64,000 bases of DNA from an uncultured Thermoleophilia bacterium (GTDB lineage Bacteria > Actinomycetota > Thermoleophilia > UBA2241). Within the stretch, counting starts at the first letter, position 1; each line of letters begins with the position of its first letter. Below are positions 44,811 to 57,599 of this stretch, one piece after another. The notes beneath the pieces were generated by a model. It searched no databases. It was not told the origin of the DNA and was given only the letters and a program-made list of their open reading frames with translations. Location: positions 742 to 64,741 of the forward strand of contig CAIYOD010000164.1 in NCBI GenBank assembly GCA_903927755.1. The letters run 5' to 3'. Both the position numbers and the translations under genes were made by a program.

Positions 44811-45314
44811 TCACGCTTCCTCGTGCCGATGTTCAGGGTCGGCGTTGAGGTCGGCGCCACACACCGGGCACAGGCCGCGACACTCGTCACGGCAGAGGAT
44901 CTTCACCGGCAGCGCCTCTGCGATGAGGTCGCGCGCCCAGCGCTCGAGGTCGATCTGGTGCGCGACGACGTAAGCCTCTTCATCCTCGTCCTCGCCGGTG
45001 GCCCCCGAATCACCGTGGCGCACGTACTCGACGCCTCGAGCCTGCACGGCCACGTCCGCGTCGGCGAGGCAACGCTGGCACGACCCGCGGACGAAGGTGT
45101 CGACGTCGAGCGTGAGCGTCAGGTTGTCGCCGACGCGCGCCGCCGTGAGGCGGGTCTCTGCAAGGTCCTCAGGCACGCGGTACTCGAGGCCGCCGTACGT
45201 GAACGGTGCGACCTCGACGGGAAGCGTGCGCCACGTCTCGCTGGCGTCATGGAAACGCAGTGAATGAAGGTCGAATCGTCGCATGTGAGCCCGCCCGGGT
45301 GGGCGTGTCGTCAC
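44811..45314 (-). CDS. YceD/DUF177-family protein
   Basis: C-terminal CRDECRGLCPVCGADLN, and its conserved position upstream of rpmF. Confidence 0.8.
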   Translation of the reverse strand: MTTRPPGRAHMRRFDLHSLRFHDASETWRTLPVEVAPFTYGGLEYRVPEDLAETRLTAARVGDNLTLTLDVDTFVRGSCQRCLADADVAVQARGVEYVRHGDSGATGEDEDEEAYVVAHQIDLERWARDLIAEALPVKILCRDECRGLCPVCGADLNADPEHRHEEA

Positions 45315-45317
45315 GCC

Positions 45318-45794
45318 TTAGGGCTGCAGGTCGTCGTTGGCGCCGCGCCCCTGAAGACGCTCGCGGCCACGACGCACCGCGGCGATGAACTTGTCGAGGT
45401 TCATCTCGAGATTGCCGAGGACCTCGTCGGCGTAGTCCTCGGCGCCGAGCCGGACCTCGCGCTCGCGCTCGCGGGCGTCTTCCATGATCTGGTGCGCGTT
45501 CTTCTCGGCCAGCCGGACGACCTCGGTGTCGGAGGCGAGCTTCTCGGCGCGCTCCTGCGCCTCGGCGAGCACGCGGTCGGCCTCCTGCTTGGCCTCCGAG
45601 AGCATCTCCTGGCGCTCCTTGACGATCCAGCGCGCCTGCTTGATCTCTTCAGGGATGGTCGAGCGCATCTGATCGAGGATGTCGTAGATCTCCTCACGGT
45701 CGATCATGACGCTGTCGGTGAGCGGCACCGATCGTGCGTTGTGGATGATGTCATCCAGTTTGTCGATGAGAACGAGGACGTCCATACTCAGCAA
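45318..45794 (-). CDS. Hypothetical coiled-coil protein (ATP-synthase-b-like heptad sequence)
   Basis: 158 aa, Glu/Arg/Ala-rich helix (EAKQEADRVLAEAQERAEKLASD). Tightly packed between coaD and yceD. No catalytic motif recognised. Confidence 0.5.
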   Translation of the reverse strand: MLSMDVLVLIDKLDDIIHNARSVPLTDSVMIDREEIYDILDQMRSTIPEEIKQARWIVKERQEMLSEAKQEADRVLAEAQERAEKLASDTEVVRLAEKNAHQIMEDAREREREVRLGAEDYADEVLGNLEMNLDKFIAAVRRGRERLQGRGANDDLQP

Positions 45795-45809
45795 CCCTCC
45801 TTGGGTAGC

Positions 45810-46313
45810 CTAGGCCTTGCTCCCCGGCGGATACTTCTCCGCGAGGCGGCGGGCAACGGCCGGGGGCACCAGATCAACGACGGAGCCTCCGAACGCGGCA
45901 ATCTCTCTGACGCCGCTCGAGCTGAGGAAGCTGTGCTCGGGCGAAGCCATCATGAACACTGTTTCTATGTCGGGCGCCAGCTTCCTATTGAGCTGTGCCA
46001 TGGCGAACTCGTACTCGAAGTCGGAGATCGCGCGCAGACCCTTCAGGATCACGTGCGCATCCCACTTGCGCGCGAACTCGACGACGAGCTGGTTGAAGCG
46101 GTCGACGACGATGTTGTCGTGACCGACGAGGGCATCCCGAAGGAAGACCTCACGCTCCTCCGGCGTGAACAGCGGCGACTTGCGCTGCGGCTCTTCGATG
46201 AGCCCGACGATGACGCGGCCGAACTTGGTGGCGCCGCGCGTGATGATGTCGAGGTGACCCACGGTGACAGGGTCGAACGTGCCCGGACAGATGGCGGTGA
46301 TGTTGCTGGGCAT
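45810..46313 (-). CDS. coaD: Pantetheine-phosphate adenylyltransferase
   Basis: ICPGTFDPVTVGHLDII. True start is ATG 46313, overlapping the rsmD stop; the track extends to 46409. Confidence 0.9.
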   Translation of the reverse strand: MPSNITAICPGTFDPVTVGHLDIITRGATKFGRVIVGLIEEPQRKSPLFTPEEREVFLRDALVGHDNIVVDRFNQLVVEFARKWDAHVILKGLRAISDFEYEFAMAQLNRKLAPDIETVFMMASPEHSFLSSSGVREIAAFGGSVVDLVPPAVARRLAEKYPPGSKA

Positions 46314-47044
46314 CAGTCTGCTGCTTCTCCTTCCGCCGGCGAGGCGGCGCCTGTCACGAGGAACGTGACGCGTGTGTCGCCGTAGCGTTTCTCCTTCACG
46401 ACGGCCCACGGCAGCCCGGCCGGCGTGCCGGCGGCGGACTCGACGACCAGCACCGCGCCGGAGACGAGCACCCGCCCCAGCAATCTCACGAGGGCGGGAC
46501 GGACCTGCTCGTACGCTTCGTAGGGCGGGTCCGCAAACACGAGAGTATATCTCGCGCCGCGACGGGCGTCAGCCGCGAGGGCGCGGCGGACGTCGGTCCC
46601 GAGCACGACGGCGTGCCTGCCGGCGGCGGCGGGCAGCCCCCGCCGCTCCCCCCCGCCACCGCGCGCGAGGGGCACGCCGAGCCGCTCGAGGTTGCCGCGC
46701 AGAGCGCGCAGAGCGGGCGGCGCCGACTCCACGAAGGTACACGTGGCGGCGCCGCGCGAGAGCGCCTCGATGCCGAGCGCGCCGCTGCCGGCGAAGAGGT
46801 CGAGGACGGCGTGGCCGGCGAGCGCGCCTCCGATCGTACCGCCGGACGACCCGGGCTCGGCGGCGGCTGCGTGCGTCTCGAGGCCGGCGGCGGCCGTGAG
46901 GCCGTCGAGCGCCGCGGCGGCCTCCGGCAACGCGCCGAGCACATCGAACACGGCCTCGCGGACCCTGTCGGAGGTCGGCCGCGTGTTCCGCCCTGCGGGC
47001 GCCCGCAGCGGCCTGCTGCGCCAGGCGCCGCCGACCACCCTCAC
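46313..47044 (-). CDS. rsmD: 16S rRNA (guanine966-N2)-methyltransferase RsmD, with Ala/Gly-rich insertions
   Basis: RPTSDRVREAVFDVLG, LDLFAGSGALGIEALSRGA and VFADPPY. Confidence 0.8.
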   Translation of the reverse strand: MRVVGGAWRSRPLRAPAGRNTRPTSDRVREAVFDVLGALPEAAAALDGLTAAAGLETHAAAAEPGSSGGTIGGALAGHAVLDLFAGSGALGIEALSRGAATCTFVESAPPALRALRGNLERLGVPLARGGGGERRGLPAAAGRHAVVLGTDVRRALAADARRGARYTLVFADPPYEAYEQVRPALVRLLGRVLVSGAVLVVESAAGTPAGLPWAVVKEKRYGDTRVTFLVTGAASPAEGEAAD

Positions 47045-47057
47045 GCGGCGACCTTCA

Positions 47058-48365
47058 TCAGCCGGCGGTCGCCGCGTCCTCGCGGCCGAGGACGATGCGC
47101 CGCGCCGGCGGCGCGTCCGGGCCGACGGTGAACGCGGTCTCGAGCACGGTGCTCGCCTCCCGCCGCCGCGCGGGATCGCGCGAGAACACGGCCGCCAGCG
47201 ACTCGCCGGACTGCACGGCGTCGCCCACCGAACGCTCGAGCAGGACCCCGGCGGCCGCGTCGACGGTGTCGTCCACGGTGCGGCGGCCGGCCCCGGCGAG
47301 CTGGGCGGCGCGCCCGACGGCGAGCGCGTCGACGGCCGTCACGTACCCGGCCGCCGGCGCCTTCACCTCGTGCGCGGCAAGCCGGTGGAACTCGCCGGGC
47401 TGCCAGCGGCCGCCTTGCACGTAGCACCAGCGCTCGAAGTGCTCGGCCGCGCGCCCGTCGTCGAGCGCGGCCTCCGCCCGGGCGCGGGCCTCCGCCGCGT
47501 CCAAGCCGAGGTCGGCCAGCGGCAGCAACTCCGCGGCGAGCGCGAGCGTCACCTCGCGCACGTCACCCGGCCCCTCGCCCTTCAGCACCTGCCATGCCTC
47601 CTCGACCTCGAGCCGGTTGCCGACGGTACGCCCGAGCGGCGCGTCCATGGCGGTGTAGAGGCAGGTCGTCGGGCGCCCGTAGGCGGTCCCGATCGCGCGG
47701 CACAGGCGGCCGATCTCCTTGGCCTGCGCCAGATCGGCCGCGAACGCGCCGCGGCCCACCTTGAGGTCGAGCACGAGCGCCGAGGTGCCGCTGGCCACCT
47801 TCTTGGCCATGATGCTCGCCGCGATCAGCCCGTTGCACTCCACGGTCCCTGTGACGTCGCGGAGCGCGTACAGCAGACGGTCCGCCGGCACGATGCGCTC
47901 GCTCTGGCTGACGACCGCGACACCGATGCGCTCGAGCTGCCGCAGGAAGTCCCCCTGCGGAAGCTGCACACGGAAGCCGGGGATGGATTCGAGCTTGTCC
48001 AGCGTGCCGCCGGTGTGTCCGAGGCCCCGGCCTGACATCTTGCCGAAGACGGCGCCGCAGGCGGCGACGAGCGGCGCGAGCACGAGCGTGACCTTGTCGC
48101 CCACGCCGCCACTCGAATGCTTGTCCAGCACGGGGCGGCGCAGGACGCTGAGGTCCAGCAGCTTGCCGCTGTCGATCATCGCGCGAGCCAGCCAGAGCGT
48201 CTCGTCGTCGCTCAGCCCGCGCAGCACCATGGCCATGAGGAGGGCGCTCGCCTGGTACGAGGGGACGGCTCCGCTCACGACCCCGTCGACGAACGCGCGC
48301 ACGCGTGGCTCGTCGAGCTCCCGGCCGTCGCGCTTCCAGGCGATCACGTCGTGCACGAAGTCCAC
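47058..48365 (-). CDS. deoA: Pyrimidine-nucleoside (thymidine) phosphorylase
   Basis: IAWKRDG, SYQASALLMAMVLRG, DKHSSGGVGDK and SGRGLGHTGGTLDKLE. Start is GTG 48365 or 48371; the upstream part of the listed ORF is Arg-rich noise. Confidence 0.85.
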   Translation of the reverse strand: MDFVHDVIAWKRDGRELDEPRVRAFVDGVVSGAVPSYQASALLMAMVLRGLSDDETLWLARAMIDSGKLLDLSVLRRPVLDKHSSGGVGDKVTLVLAPLVAACGAVFGKMSGRGLGHTGGTLDKLESIPGFRVQLPQGDFLRQLERIGVAVVSQSERIVPADRLLYALRDVTGTVECNGLIAASIMAKKVASGTSALVLDLKVGRGAFAADLAQAKEIGRLCRAIGTAYGRPTTCLYTAMDAPLGRTVGNRLEVEEAWQVLKGEGPGDVREVTLALAAELLPLADLGLDAAEARARAEAALDDGRAAEHFERWCYVQGGRWQPGEFHRLAAHEVKAPAAGYVTAVDALAVGRAAQLAGAGRRTVDDTVDAAAGVLLERSVGDAVQSGESLAAVFSRDPARRREASTVLETAFTVGPDAPPARRIVLGREDAATAG

Positions 48366-48376
48366 GGTCACTCCCC

Positions 48377-49168
48377 TCAGAGCGTGCCTTGCAGGTCCGG
48401 CCAGCGCGCGAACGCGGCCCGCGTGAAGCCGGCGGCCAGCAGTCCGGCGAGGCGGGCGCCGGCGGCGAGCACGTCTTCGTGGGAGCCCACCGCGGCCGCG
48501 ACGTTGGCCACGAGCGCCAGAAGACAGCACTCTACGCCCGTCTCGGCGGCGGCGCGAGCCTCCGGCGCCGCCGACATGCCTACGACGTCGCCGTAGCGGG
48601 CGAGCCAGGCGACCTCGGCCGGGGTCTCGAACTGGGGGCCACATACCGAGACGTAGGCGCCGGCGTGCTGCGCCGCGCCCTCGCCAAGTGCCGCGGCGAC
48701 CCGCACGGCGACCTCGTCGCAGCACAACGGCAGAGTCTCCGGCGTGTCGCCGACGGGTGGCCGCTGCAGGTCCGTGACGGACGAGCACACGACCGCACGG
48801 CCGATGCCGGCCTCCGGGCGCAGAGCTCCGCACGAGTTGGTCAGCAGGAGGCGGGTCACGCCGGCGGCCGCAAGCGCGCGCACCGGCAGTTCGAGCTCGT
48901 CGTCGTCCCAGCCCTCGTACCGATGCGGCCGGCCGCAGGCGAGCGCCAGACGCAGCTCGCGGTCGTCACCGGCCGGCACGCTCGCCAGCTTGAGCAGGTT
49001 CAGGTGGCCGGGCACGGAGCCGGCCGGCCATCCGAGCGCGTCGTAGGGCACTTCGTCCACGACGCGCCCGCCCTCCGGGAGCGCCCAGAGTCCCGAGCCA
49101 TAGACCGCCGCGAGGTGCGGGCCCCAGGCGGCCACCCGCGCCAGAGCCGCCTCGGACTCCCCGCCCAT
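48377..49168 (-). CDS. Purine nucleoside phosphorylase (PunA-type)
   Basis: GRPHRYEGW, VSVCGPQFETPAE and GDVVGMSAAPEA. Start is ATG 49168, overlapping the deoB stop. The rest of the 646-aa listed ORF is an out-of-frame overlap with deoB. Confidence 0.7.
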   Translation of the reverse strand: MGGESEAALARVAAWGPHLAAVYGSGLWALPEGGRVVDEVPYDALGWPAGSVPGHLNLLKLASVPAGDDRELRLALACGRPHRYEGWDDDELELPVRALAAAGVTRLLLTNSCGALRPEAGIGRAVVCSSVTDLQRPPVGDTPETLPLCCDEVAVRVAAALGEGAAQHAGAYVSVCGPQFETPAEVAWLARYGDVVGMSAAPEARAAAETGVECCLLALVANVAAAVGSHEDVLAAGARLAGLLAAGFTRAAFARWPDLQGTL

Positions 49169-50301
49169 CAGCCTATCGGCCGACCGGGGAGCTGAGGCTC
49201 CTCCCCCGTGAGGTGGGCGAACGCCGTGGCGCCGACGTCCTCCTGCACGCCGTCGTACCGCCCGGGGGTGAGCCCGAGCGCGAGCAGCGGGGAGTACTCG
49301 CGCGAGTGGTCCGTGCCCTCGGTGGTGGGATCGACGCCGTGGTCGGCGCAGAGGATCATGACGTCCTCCTCGCCCAGCAGTCCCTCCCAGGCGGGCAGCG
49401 CCGCGTCCACCTCGGCAAGGCCGCCGGCGAACCCGGTCACGTCGTTGCGGTGGCCCCACACCGAGTCGAAGTCCACGAGGTTGGCGAACAGGAACCCGTC
49501 CTCCATCTCGCGGAGGTGTCGCGTGCACGCGGCGATGCCGGCGGTGTTGTCGGTGGTGTGGTCGTCGACGTCCACGCCGCGCTGCACGAAGATCTCGCCG
49601 ATCTTGCCGACGCCGACCACGGGGACGCCACGCTCCTGAAGAAGGTCCAGATAGGTGGGTCCCGGCGGCTCCAGCGAGTAGTCGCGGCGCCGCGACGTGC
49701 GCGCGTAGTGGCCCGACGCACCGTCGAACGGTCGCGCGATGACGCGCCCGACCGCGTGCGGACCCTGCAGCTGGGCGCGCGCCGTCTCGCACCACGCGTA
49801 GAGCTCGGGGACCGGGACGACCTCTTCGTGACAGGCGATCTGGAAGACCGAGTCCGCGGAGGTGTACACGATCGGCCGTCCGGTGGCCACGTGCTCGTCG
49901 CCGAGCTTGTCGATGATGCCCGTCCCGGAGGCCGGCCGGTTGCACAGCACCTGCCGGCCGATCGCCGCCTCGAACGGCCCGATGACCTCGGGTGGAAAGC
50001 CGTCGGGATACGTGGGGAACGGCCGCTCGAGCACGACTCCCATCATCTCCCAGTGGCCGGTCGTCGTGTCCTTGCCGGCGCCGCGCTCGGCCAGGCGGCC
50101 GTAGGTCGCGTCGCGGCGCGGCGTTCCGAGCGGCAGGCCCACGACCTCGCCGAGGCCCAGTGCGGCGAGATTGGGCAGGGGCACATCCACGCGCTCCAGC
50201 ACGTGCCGCAGCGTGTCCGATCCTTCGTCCCCATACGCGGCGGCGTCCGGCAGCGCGCCTGCGCCGCAGCCGTCCAGCACACACACGAACACTCTGCTCA
50301 T
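49168..50301 (-). CDS. deoB: Phosphopentomutase
   Basis: VFVCVLDGCGAG, GKDTTTGHWEMMG and DFDSVWGHRND. Confidence 0.9.
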   Translation of the reverse strand: MSRVFVCVLDGCGAGALPDAAAYGDEGSDTLRHVLERVDVPLPNLAALGLGEVVGLPLGTPRRDATYGRLAERGAGKDTTTGHWEMMGVVLERPFPTYPDGFPPEVIGPFEAAIGRQVLCNRPASGTGIIDKLGDEHVATGRPIVYTSADSVFQIACHEEVVPVPELYAWCETARAQLQGPHAVGRVIARPFDGASGHYARTSRRRDYSLEPPGPTYLDLLQERGVPVVGVGKIGEIFVQRGVDVDDHTTDNTAGIAACTRHLREMEDGFLFANLVDFDSVWGHRNDVTGFAGGLAEVDAALPAWEGLLGEEDVMILCADHGVDPTTEGTDHSREYSPLLALGLTPGRYDGVQEDVGATAFAHLTGEEPQLPGRPIG

Positions 50302-51251
50302 GGATCCTCCTTCTCACCGCGCCGTCGCCGCGCCCGCGGGTGCGTCTCCAGGAATACCTCGCGCAGGTGCTCGACGGTCACGTGAGTGTACAACTGGGTG
50401 GTGGCCACGTTGGCGTGCCCGAGCATCTCTTGCACGCTGCGCAGATCCGCGCCGGCGGCCAGCAGGTGCGTCGCGAAGGAGTGCCGGAACGTGTGTGCGC
50501 TCGCGACGCCGAGCATGTCGGCGCGCGCCAGCACGCGCCGAAGGATGTAGTCGAACCCTTGGCGCGTGAGCGGACCGCCGCGGGCATTGAGGATCAACTC
50601 CGGGCGGCGGCGGCCGCGCAGCAGCGTTCGCCGCCCGTCTGCGACGTACCGGCTGACCGCCGCGGCGGCGGCGCCCCCCATCGGCACCACGCGCTCCTTG
50701 TCGCCCTTGCCGACACAGCGCACCAGGCCGCCCTCCACGTCCACGTCGCCGTCCCGAAGCCCCACGAGCTCGCTGACCCGCAGCCCACAGCCGTACAGCA
50801 GCTCGAGCGCGGCGAGGTCGCGCTGCCCGAGAGGTCCGGCGGGCACGACGGAGGCGAGGATCTCCTCGACCTCCTCGACCGACAGCACCCGAGGCAAGTC
50901 CTGCGGCCGCCTGGGCGTGCGCAGGAGCGCCGCCGGGTCGTCCTCGCGCACGCCCTCGCGCACGAGGTAGGCGTAGAAGGCGCGCACGGCAGCGGTACGG
51001 CGCGCCACGCTCGAGGCCGCGCCGTCGCCGCCGGAGCCGGCGAAGTAGGCGCGCACCTCCCCGGCCGTGGCCTTCCCCGGAGAGGCGCCGGTCGTGATGA
51101 GGAAGGCGGAGAAGGCGGCGAGATCGCGGCCGTATGCCGTCACCGTGTTGGGGCTGAGGCCGCGCTCGTAGCGCACGTAGTCGAGGAACTCGGCCACCAG
51201 CGGGTCGGACGGCGGCGCCGACGTCCCCCTCTGGCTGCCGCGGGCAGGCAC
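50298..51251 (-). CDS. xerD: Site-specific tyrosine recombinase XerD
   Basis: EFLDYVRYERGLSPNTVTAYGRDL and TFRHSFATHLLAAGADLRSVQEMLGHANVATTQLYTHV. Confidence 0.85.
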   Translation of the reverse strand: MPARGSQRGTSAPPSDPLVAEFLDYVRYERGLSPNTVTAYGRDLAAFSAFLITTGASPGKATAGEVRAYFAGSGGDGAASSVARRTAAVRAFYAYLVREGVREDDPAALLRTPRRPQDLPRVLSVEEVEEILASVVPAGPLGQRDLAALELLYGCGLRVSELVGLRDGDVDVEGGLVRCVGKGDKERVVPMGGAAAAAVSRYVADGRRTLLRGRRRPELILNARGGPLTRQGFDYILRRVLARADMLGVASAHTFRHSFATHLLAAGADLRSVQEMLGHANVATTQLYTHVTVEHLREVFLETHPRARRRRGEKEDP

Positions 51252-51268
51252 GCGCCGCTCCGCGGCCG

Positions 51269-54168
<2,900 letters not shown>

Positions 54169-54225
54169 CTAACTTGACGGGCCGGCACGACGATATGCCC
54201 GGCGAGCCCTCGGATCACGTCGGCA

Positions 54226-54253
54226 AGTATACCATCGGGCCCGGCCGCCGCAA
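54226..54253 (-). promoter_or_regulatory. Candidate promoter for pyrG
   Basis: The minus strand reads TTGCGG-N16-TATACT about 210 nt upstream of the pyrG ATG. It has the same -35 hexamer as the rpsP promoter candidate. Confidence 0.4.
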
Positions 54254-54291
54254 GGACCGTCGGGCCGGGACGCAGACGGGCGGGGCCGCAC

Positions 54292-55941
54292 TCAGGAGGT
54301 CGCCGACGCCTTGGCCAGAAGGCTCTCGGCATGGCTTCGCGCAGCCTCGTCGTCCGGGGCCGCGCCGAGCATCCGGCACAGCTCCTCGAGACGCGCCTCA
54401 CCCTCCACCAGACGGACCACGGTCTCCGTGGTGCCTTCGCCCACGTCGCTCTCCTTGGCGATGGCGAACTGCCGGTCGGCGAAGGCGGCCACCTGCGGGA
54501 GATGGGTGATGCAGAGCACCTGACGGCGCTCGGCCAGCCGGCGAAGCCGTTCTCCGAGCGCCGCGGCAGTGACGCCGCCGATCCCTGTGTCGACCTCGTC
54601 GAAGATGAGGGTCTCGACATCGTCGCCGAGGTTCACGAGCCCGCGGATGGCAAGCATGGCGCGCGACAGCTCGCCGCCGGAGGCCGTCTCCCTCAGGGGT
54701 CGCGGCGGCACGCCGGGATTCGCGCCGAAGACGAACTCCACGTCGTCGGCGCCGTGCGGCCCCAGGCCGTCCCAGCCGCCGTCGCGCGCCTTGACCTCGA
54801 TGACGAACGTGGCATGCGGCATGGCGAGGCCGCGGAGCTCCTTCTCGATGCGCGCGGCCACCTGCGGCGCGAGCCGCTGCCTGGCTTCCGAGAGCCGCGC
54901 AGCCGCGCGGACCGCACCCGTCTGCGCCGCCGTGACCCTCGCCACCAGAGACTCCTCGTCGGCGGCGAACTCCTCGAGGGCGGCCAGGCGGGCGCGCGCG
55001 TCCTCGAGATAGCCGAGCACCTCGTCGGCGGAGCCGCCGTACTTGCGCATGAGCGCCTTGAGCTTGTCGAAGCGAAGCTCGAGGGCATCCCGGTGGGCGG
55101 CGTCGACGTCGAGTCCGTCGATGTAGTCGCGCAGCGCCGCCGCCAGGTCATCGAGCTCCACCGTGAGCGTGCCGAGTCGCTCCGCCAGCGGCGCCAGACT
55201 CTCGTCGAGCAGCGCCGCCTCGTCGACCAGGCGCTGCGCCACGCGCACGCCGTCCAGCGCCGCGGCCTCCGACTCGCCGGCCAGAAGGGCAAGCGCGCCA
55301 CCGGTGCGCTCGAGCAGCTTGCCGGCGTGCCGCGCCCGCTCGCGGTCCACGGCGAGGCGCTCGTCCTCACCCGGCTCCACGCCTGCCGCCTCGATCTCCG
55401 CGACCTGGTAGCGCAGCATGTCGAGCTCGCGCTCGCGGTCCCGCCCCGCGCCGCGCAGGTCGTCGAGCTCGCGGGTGAGCGCGCGGGCGCCGGCGTAGGC
55501 GCCCGCGTAGTTCGCCTTGAGCGGCTCGACCTCGTCGGCGACCGCGCCGTCGAGCAGGTCCAGTTGGCGCTCGAGTTGCAGCAGGCGAGTGTGCTCGAGC
55601 TGGCCGTAGAAGGCGAGGCGCCGCCGCAGGGCGTCTTCGACGGCGGCGGCCGAACTCAGCAGACCGTCCATCCGGGCCCGCGACCGGCCGCCCCGCGGCA
55701 GCTCGCGGGCCACCGCCAGCGAGTCGTCGCCGTTCTCGAAGAGCGCCTGCACGAGCGCGCGCGCAGCGCCAGGCCTCACGAGCTCGTCGCCGCCCTTCTG
55801 GCCCATGAGCAGGCCGATCGCCTGCGCGAGCAGGCTCTTCCCCGCGCCCGTCTCCCCCGTGATGACGTTGAGGCCCGGCGAGAACTCCAGCCGGGCCGCG
55901 GCGATCAGGACCAGGTCGTCGATGCTCAGTTCAGCGAGCAT
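54292..55941 (-). CDS. recN: DNA repair protein RecN
   Basis: LNVITGETGAGKSLL, ASGGELSRAMLAI, IFDEVDTGIGG. Confidence 0.9.
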   Translation of the reverse strand: MLAELSIDDLVLIAAARLEFSPGLNVITGETGAGKSLLAQAIGLLMGQKGGDELVRPGAARALVQALFENGDDSLAVARELPRGGRSRARMDGLLSSAAAVEDALRRRLAFYGQLEHTRLLQLERQLDLLDGAVADEVEPLKANYAGAYAGARALTRELDDLRGAGRDRERELDMLRYQVAEIEAAGVEPGEDERLAVDRERARHAGKLLERTGGALALLAGESEAAALDGVRVAQRLVDEAALLDESLAPLAERLGTLTVELDDLAAALRDYIDGLDVDAAHRDALELRFDKLKALMRKYGGSADEVLGYLEDARARLAALEEFAADEESLVARVTAAQTGAVRAAARLSEARQRLAPQVAARIEKELRGLAMPHATFVIEVKARDGGWDGLGPHGADDVEFVFGANPGVPPRPLRETASGGELSRAMLAIRGLVNLGDDVETLIFDEVDTGIGGVTAAALGERLRRLAERRQVLCITHLPQVAAFADRQFAIAKESDVGEGTTETVVRLVEGEARLEELCRMLGAAPDDEAARSHAESLLAKASATS

Positions 55942-56818
55942 CGCGGCGGTCGAAGAGCTTCTCCTCGACGTTCTGGTAGAACGATCCCTCGCTCTGCATG
56001 AGGAGGCGCGCGACCTGATGCCCGGCCGTCACGCGCACCTCGTCGCCGCAGCACAGCCGTCCGACCACGTCGCCGTCGGCGACGACCTCGCACTCCTGCA
56101 GCGGCGAGACGTTGCGCGCTGTGATCACGTGGTCGGGCCGGAGGATCACCGGACGGAAGCCCAACGAGTGCGGTGCGATGAAGTTCAGCACGAGCACACC
56201 CGCGTTCCACTCCACGATGGGCCCGTTGCAGGAGAGGTTGTAGGCGGTGGAGCCGGTCGGTGATGCGATGATGAGCCCGTCGCAGAACATGCTGCCGACG
56301 GTGACCCCGGCGACCTCGTATTCGAGCTGGAGCACGTGGCGTGGCGCGACGCGGCTGAGGATGACGTCGTTGACGGCGCTGTAGTGCTCGCCGCCCAGCA
56401 AGACGTCGACCGTGAGCAACTCGACGACGCGGTAGTCGCCCGTCAGGATCTTCTCGAGGCCGGCCTCCCAGCCCTCACGCGGAAGCGAGGCGAGAAAGCC
56501 GACGTTGCCGTAGTTGACCCCGAGGGTGGGCACATCCGTGCCCAGGAGACGCGAGAGACTCCGAAGGATGGTGCCGTCACCGCCGAACACGAGGCAGAGG
56601 TCGGCGCTGCGCAGGCCGGCCTCGTCGACGGACCGATAGCCCAACCCCGCGGCAGCAGGGTGCTTCGCCGCCTCTTCCGCCGGCATGAGGAGTTCGAGTC
56701 CCAGGCGGTCCGCGGCCGCGGCCAGCTCCGCCAGCGCGGCCGCCGTCGCCCCGGTGAGGTAGTGCGTGAGCACCGCGATGCGGCGCAGGGGCTCACCCAT
56801 GAGCCGCCTCCACCGCAT
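55931..56818 (-). CDS. nadK: NAD kinase
   Basis: VFGGDGTILR, NYGNVGFL and SPTGSTAYNLS. The start may be the internal Met at 56800. Confidence 0.85.
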   Translation of the reverse strand: MRWRRLMGEPLRRIAVLTHYLTGATAAALAELAAAADRLGLELLMPAEEAAKHPAAAGLGYRSVDEAGLRSADLCLVFGGDGTILRSLSRLLGTDVPTLGVNYGNVGFLASLPREGWEAGLEKILTGDYRVVELLTVDVLLGGEHYSAVNDVILSRVAPRHVLQLEYEVAGVTVGSMFCDGLIIASPTGSTAYNLSCNGPIVEWNAGVLVLNFIAPHSLGFRPVILRPDHVITARNVSPLQECEVVADGDVVGRLCCGDEVRVTAGHQVARLLMQSEGSFYQNVEEKLFDRRDAR

Positions 56819-57590
56819 CGAGCACGAGGTCGGTCGCCGGCCTCGGAGCCGCTGTGCCGGTGGTCGCGTCGCTGAAGAGGATGAAGTACTCCACGTTGCC
56901 TTTCGGTCCCGGATGCCCCGAGTCGCAGACGCCTTGCACCGTCGCGCCCCTTGCCTGCAGCCAGCCGGCCACCTGGTCGAGCACGTCCCGGTGGACGGCC
57001 GGGTCGCGGACCACGCCGCCCTTGCCGACCCGCTCCCTCCCGGCCTCGAACTGCGGCTTGACCAGGACGAGGCCGCGGTAGCCCGTGCGCAGGCATTCTA
57101 GCACCGGCCCAAGAGCCACCGTCAGGGAGATGAACGACAGGTCCGCGGTGACGAACGAGGGCACGAACGGGAGACGTTCGGCGGTCAGCTGTCGGGCGTT
57201 GGTGCGCTCGAGCACGGTCACTCGCGGGTCCCCACGCAGCTTCCAGTCGAGCTGTCCGTAGCCGACGTCCACGGCGATCACGCGAGCGGCGCCGCCCTGC
57301 AGCAGCCGGTCGACGAACCCGCCGGTGGAGGCGCCGAGATCGAGAACATCCTCTCCCGCCACGTCGACGCCGAGACGAGTGAGTGCGGTATCGAGCTTGT
57401 CGCCACCGCGCGAGACGTACCGGCGGCGCGCGGCCGCCTCGATGGTCGCCGCGTCGCCGATCTGGGTGCCGGGCTTGTCGACCATGCAGCCGTCCACGGT
57501 GATCTCTCCGGCGAGGACGGCGGCGCGGGCCTGGGCCCGGGTGATGAAGAGGCCACGCTCGACGAGCAGCACGTCCAGCCGCTCGCGCAT
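56793..57590 (-). CDS. tlyA: TlyA-family rRNA 2'-O-methyltransferase
   Basis: RLDVLLVERGL (S4 domain), VSRGGDKL and LDLGASTGGF. Confidence 0.85.
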   Translation of the reverse strand: MRERLDVLLVERGLFITRAQARAAVLAGEITVDGCMVDKPGTQIGDAATIEAAARRRYVSRGGDKLDTALTRLGVDVAGEDVLDLGASTGGFVDRLLQGGAARVIAVDVGYGQLDWKLRGDPRVTVLERTNARQLTAERLPFVPSFVTADLSFISLTVALGPVLECLRTGYRGLVLVKPQFEAGRERVGKGGVVRDPAVHRDVLDQVAGWLQARGATVQGVCDSGHPGPKGNVEYFILFSDATTGTAAPRPATDLVLDAVEAAHG

Positions 57591-57599
57591 CCGGCGGCC

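Noticed and set aside
48377-50317. 646-aa minus-strand ORF, with similar N-terminally extended ORFs at 57600-60140, 37611-41405, 60661-63267, 47058-48833, 15015-16835 and 8675-10306
   Set aside because: Only the C-terminal parts encode recognisable proteins (PNP, Dxs, SMC, NusB, thymidine phosphorylase, RfbH, GT-C paralog). The N-terminal parts overlap the upstream gene out of frame and are Arg-rich noise, so I moved the starts to internal ATG or GTG codons adjacent to the upstream stops.
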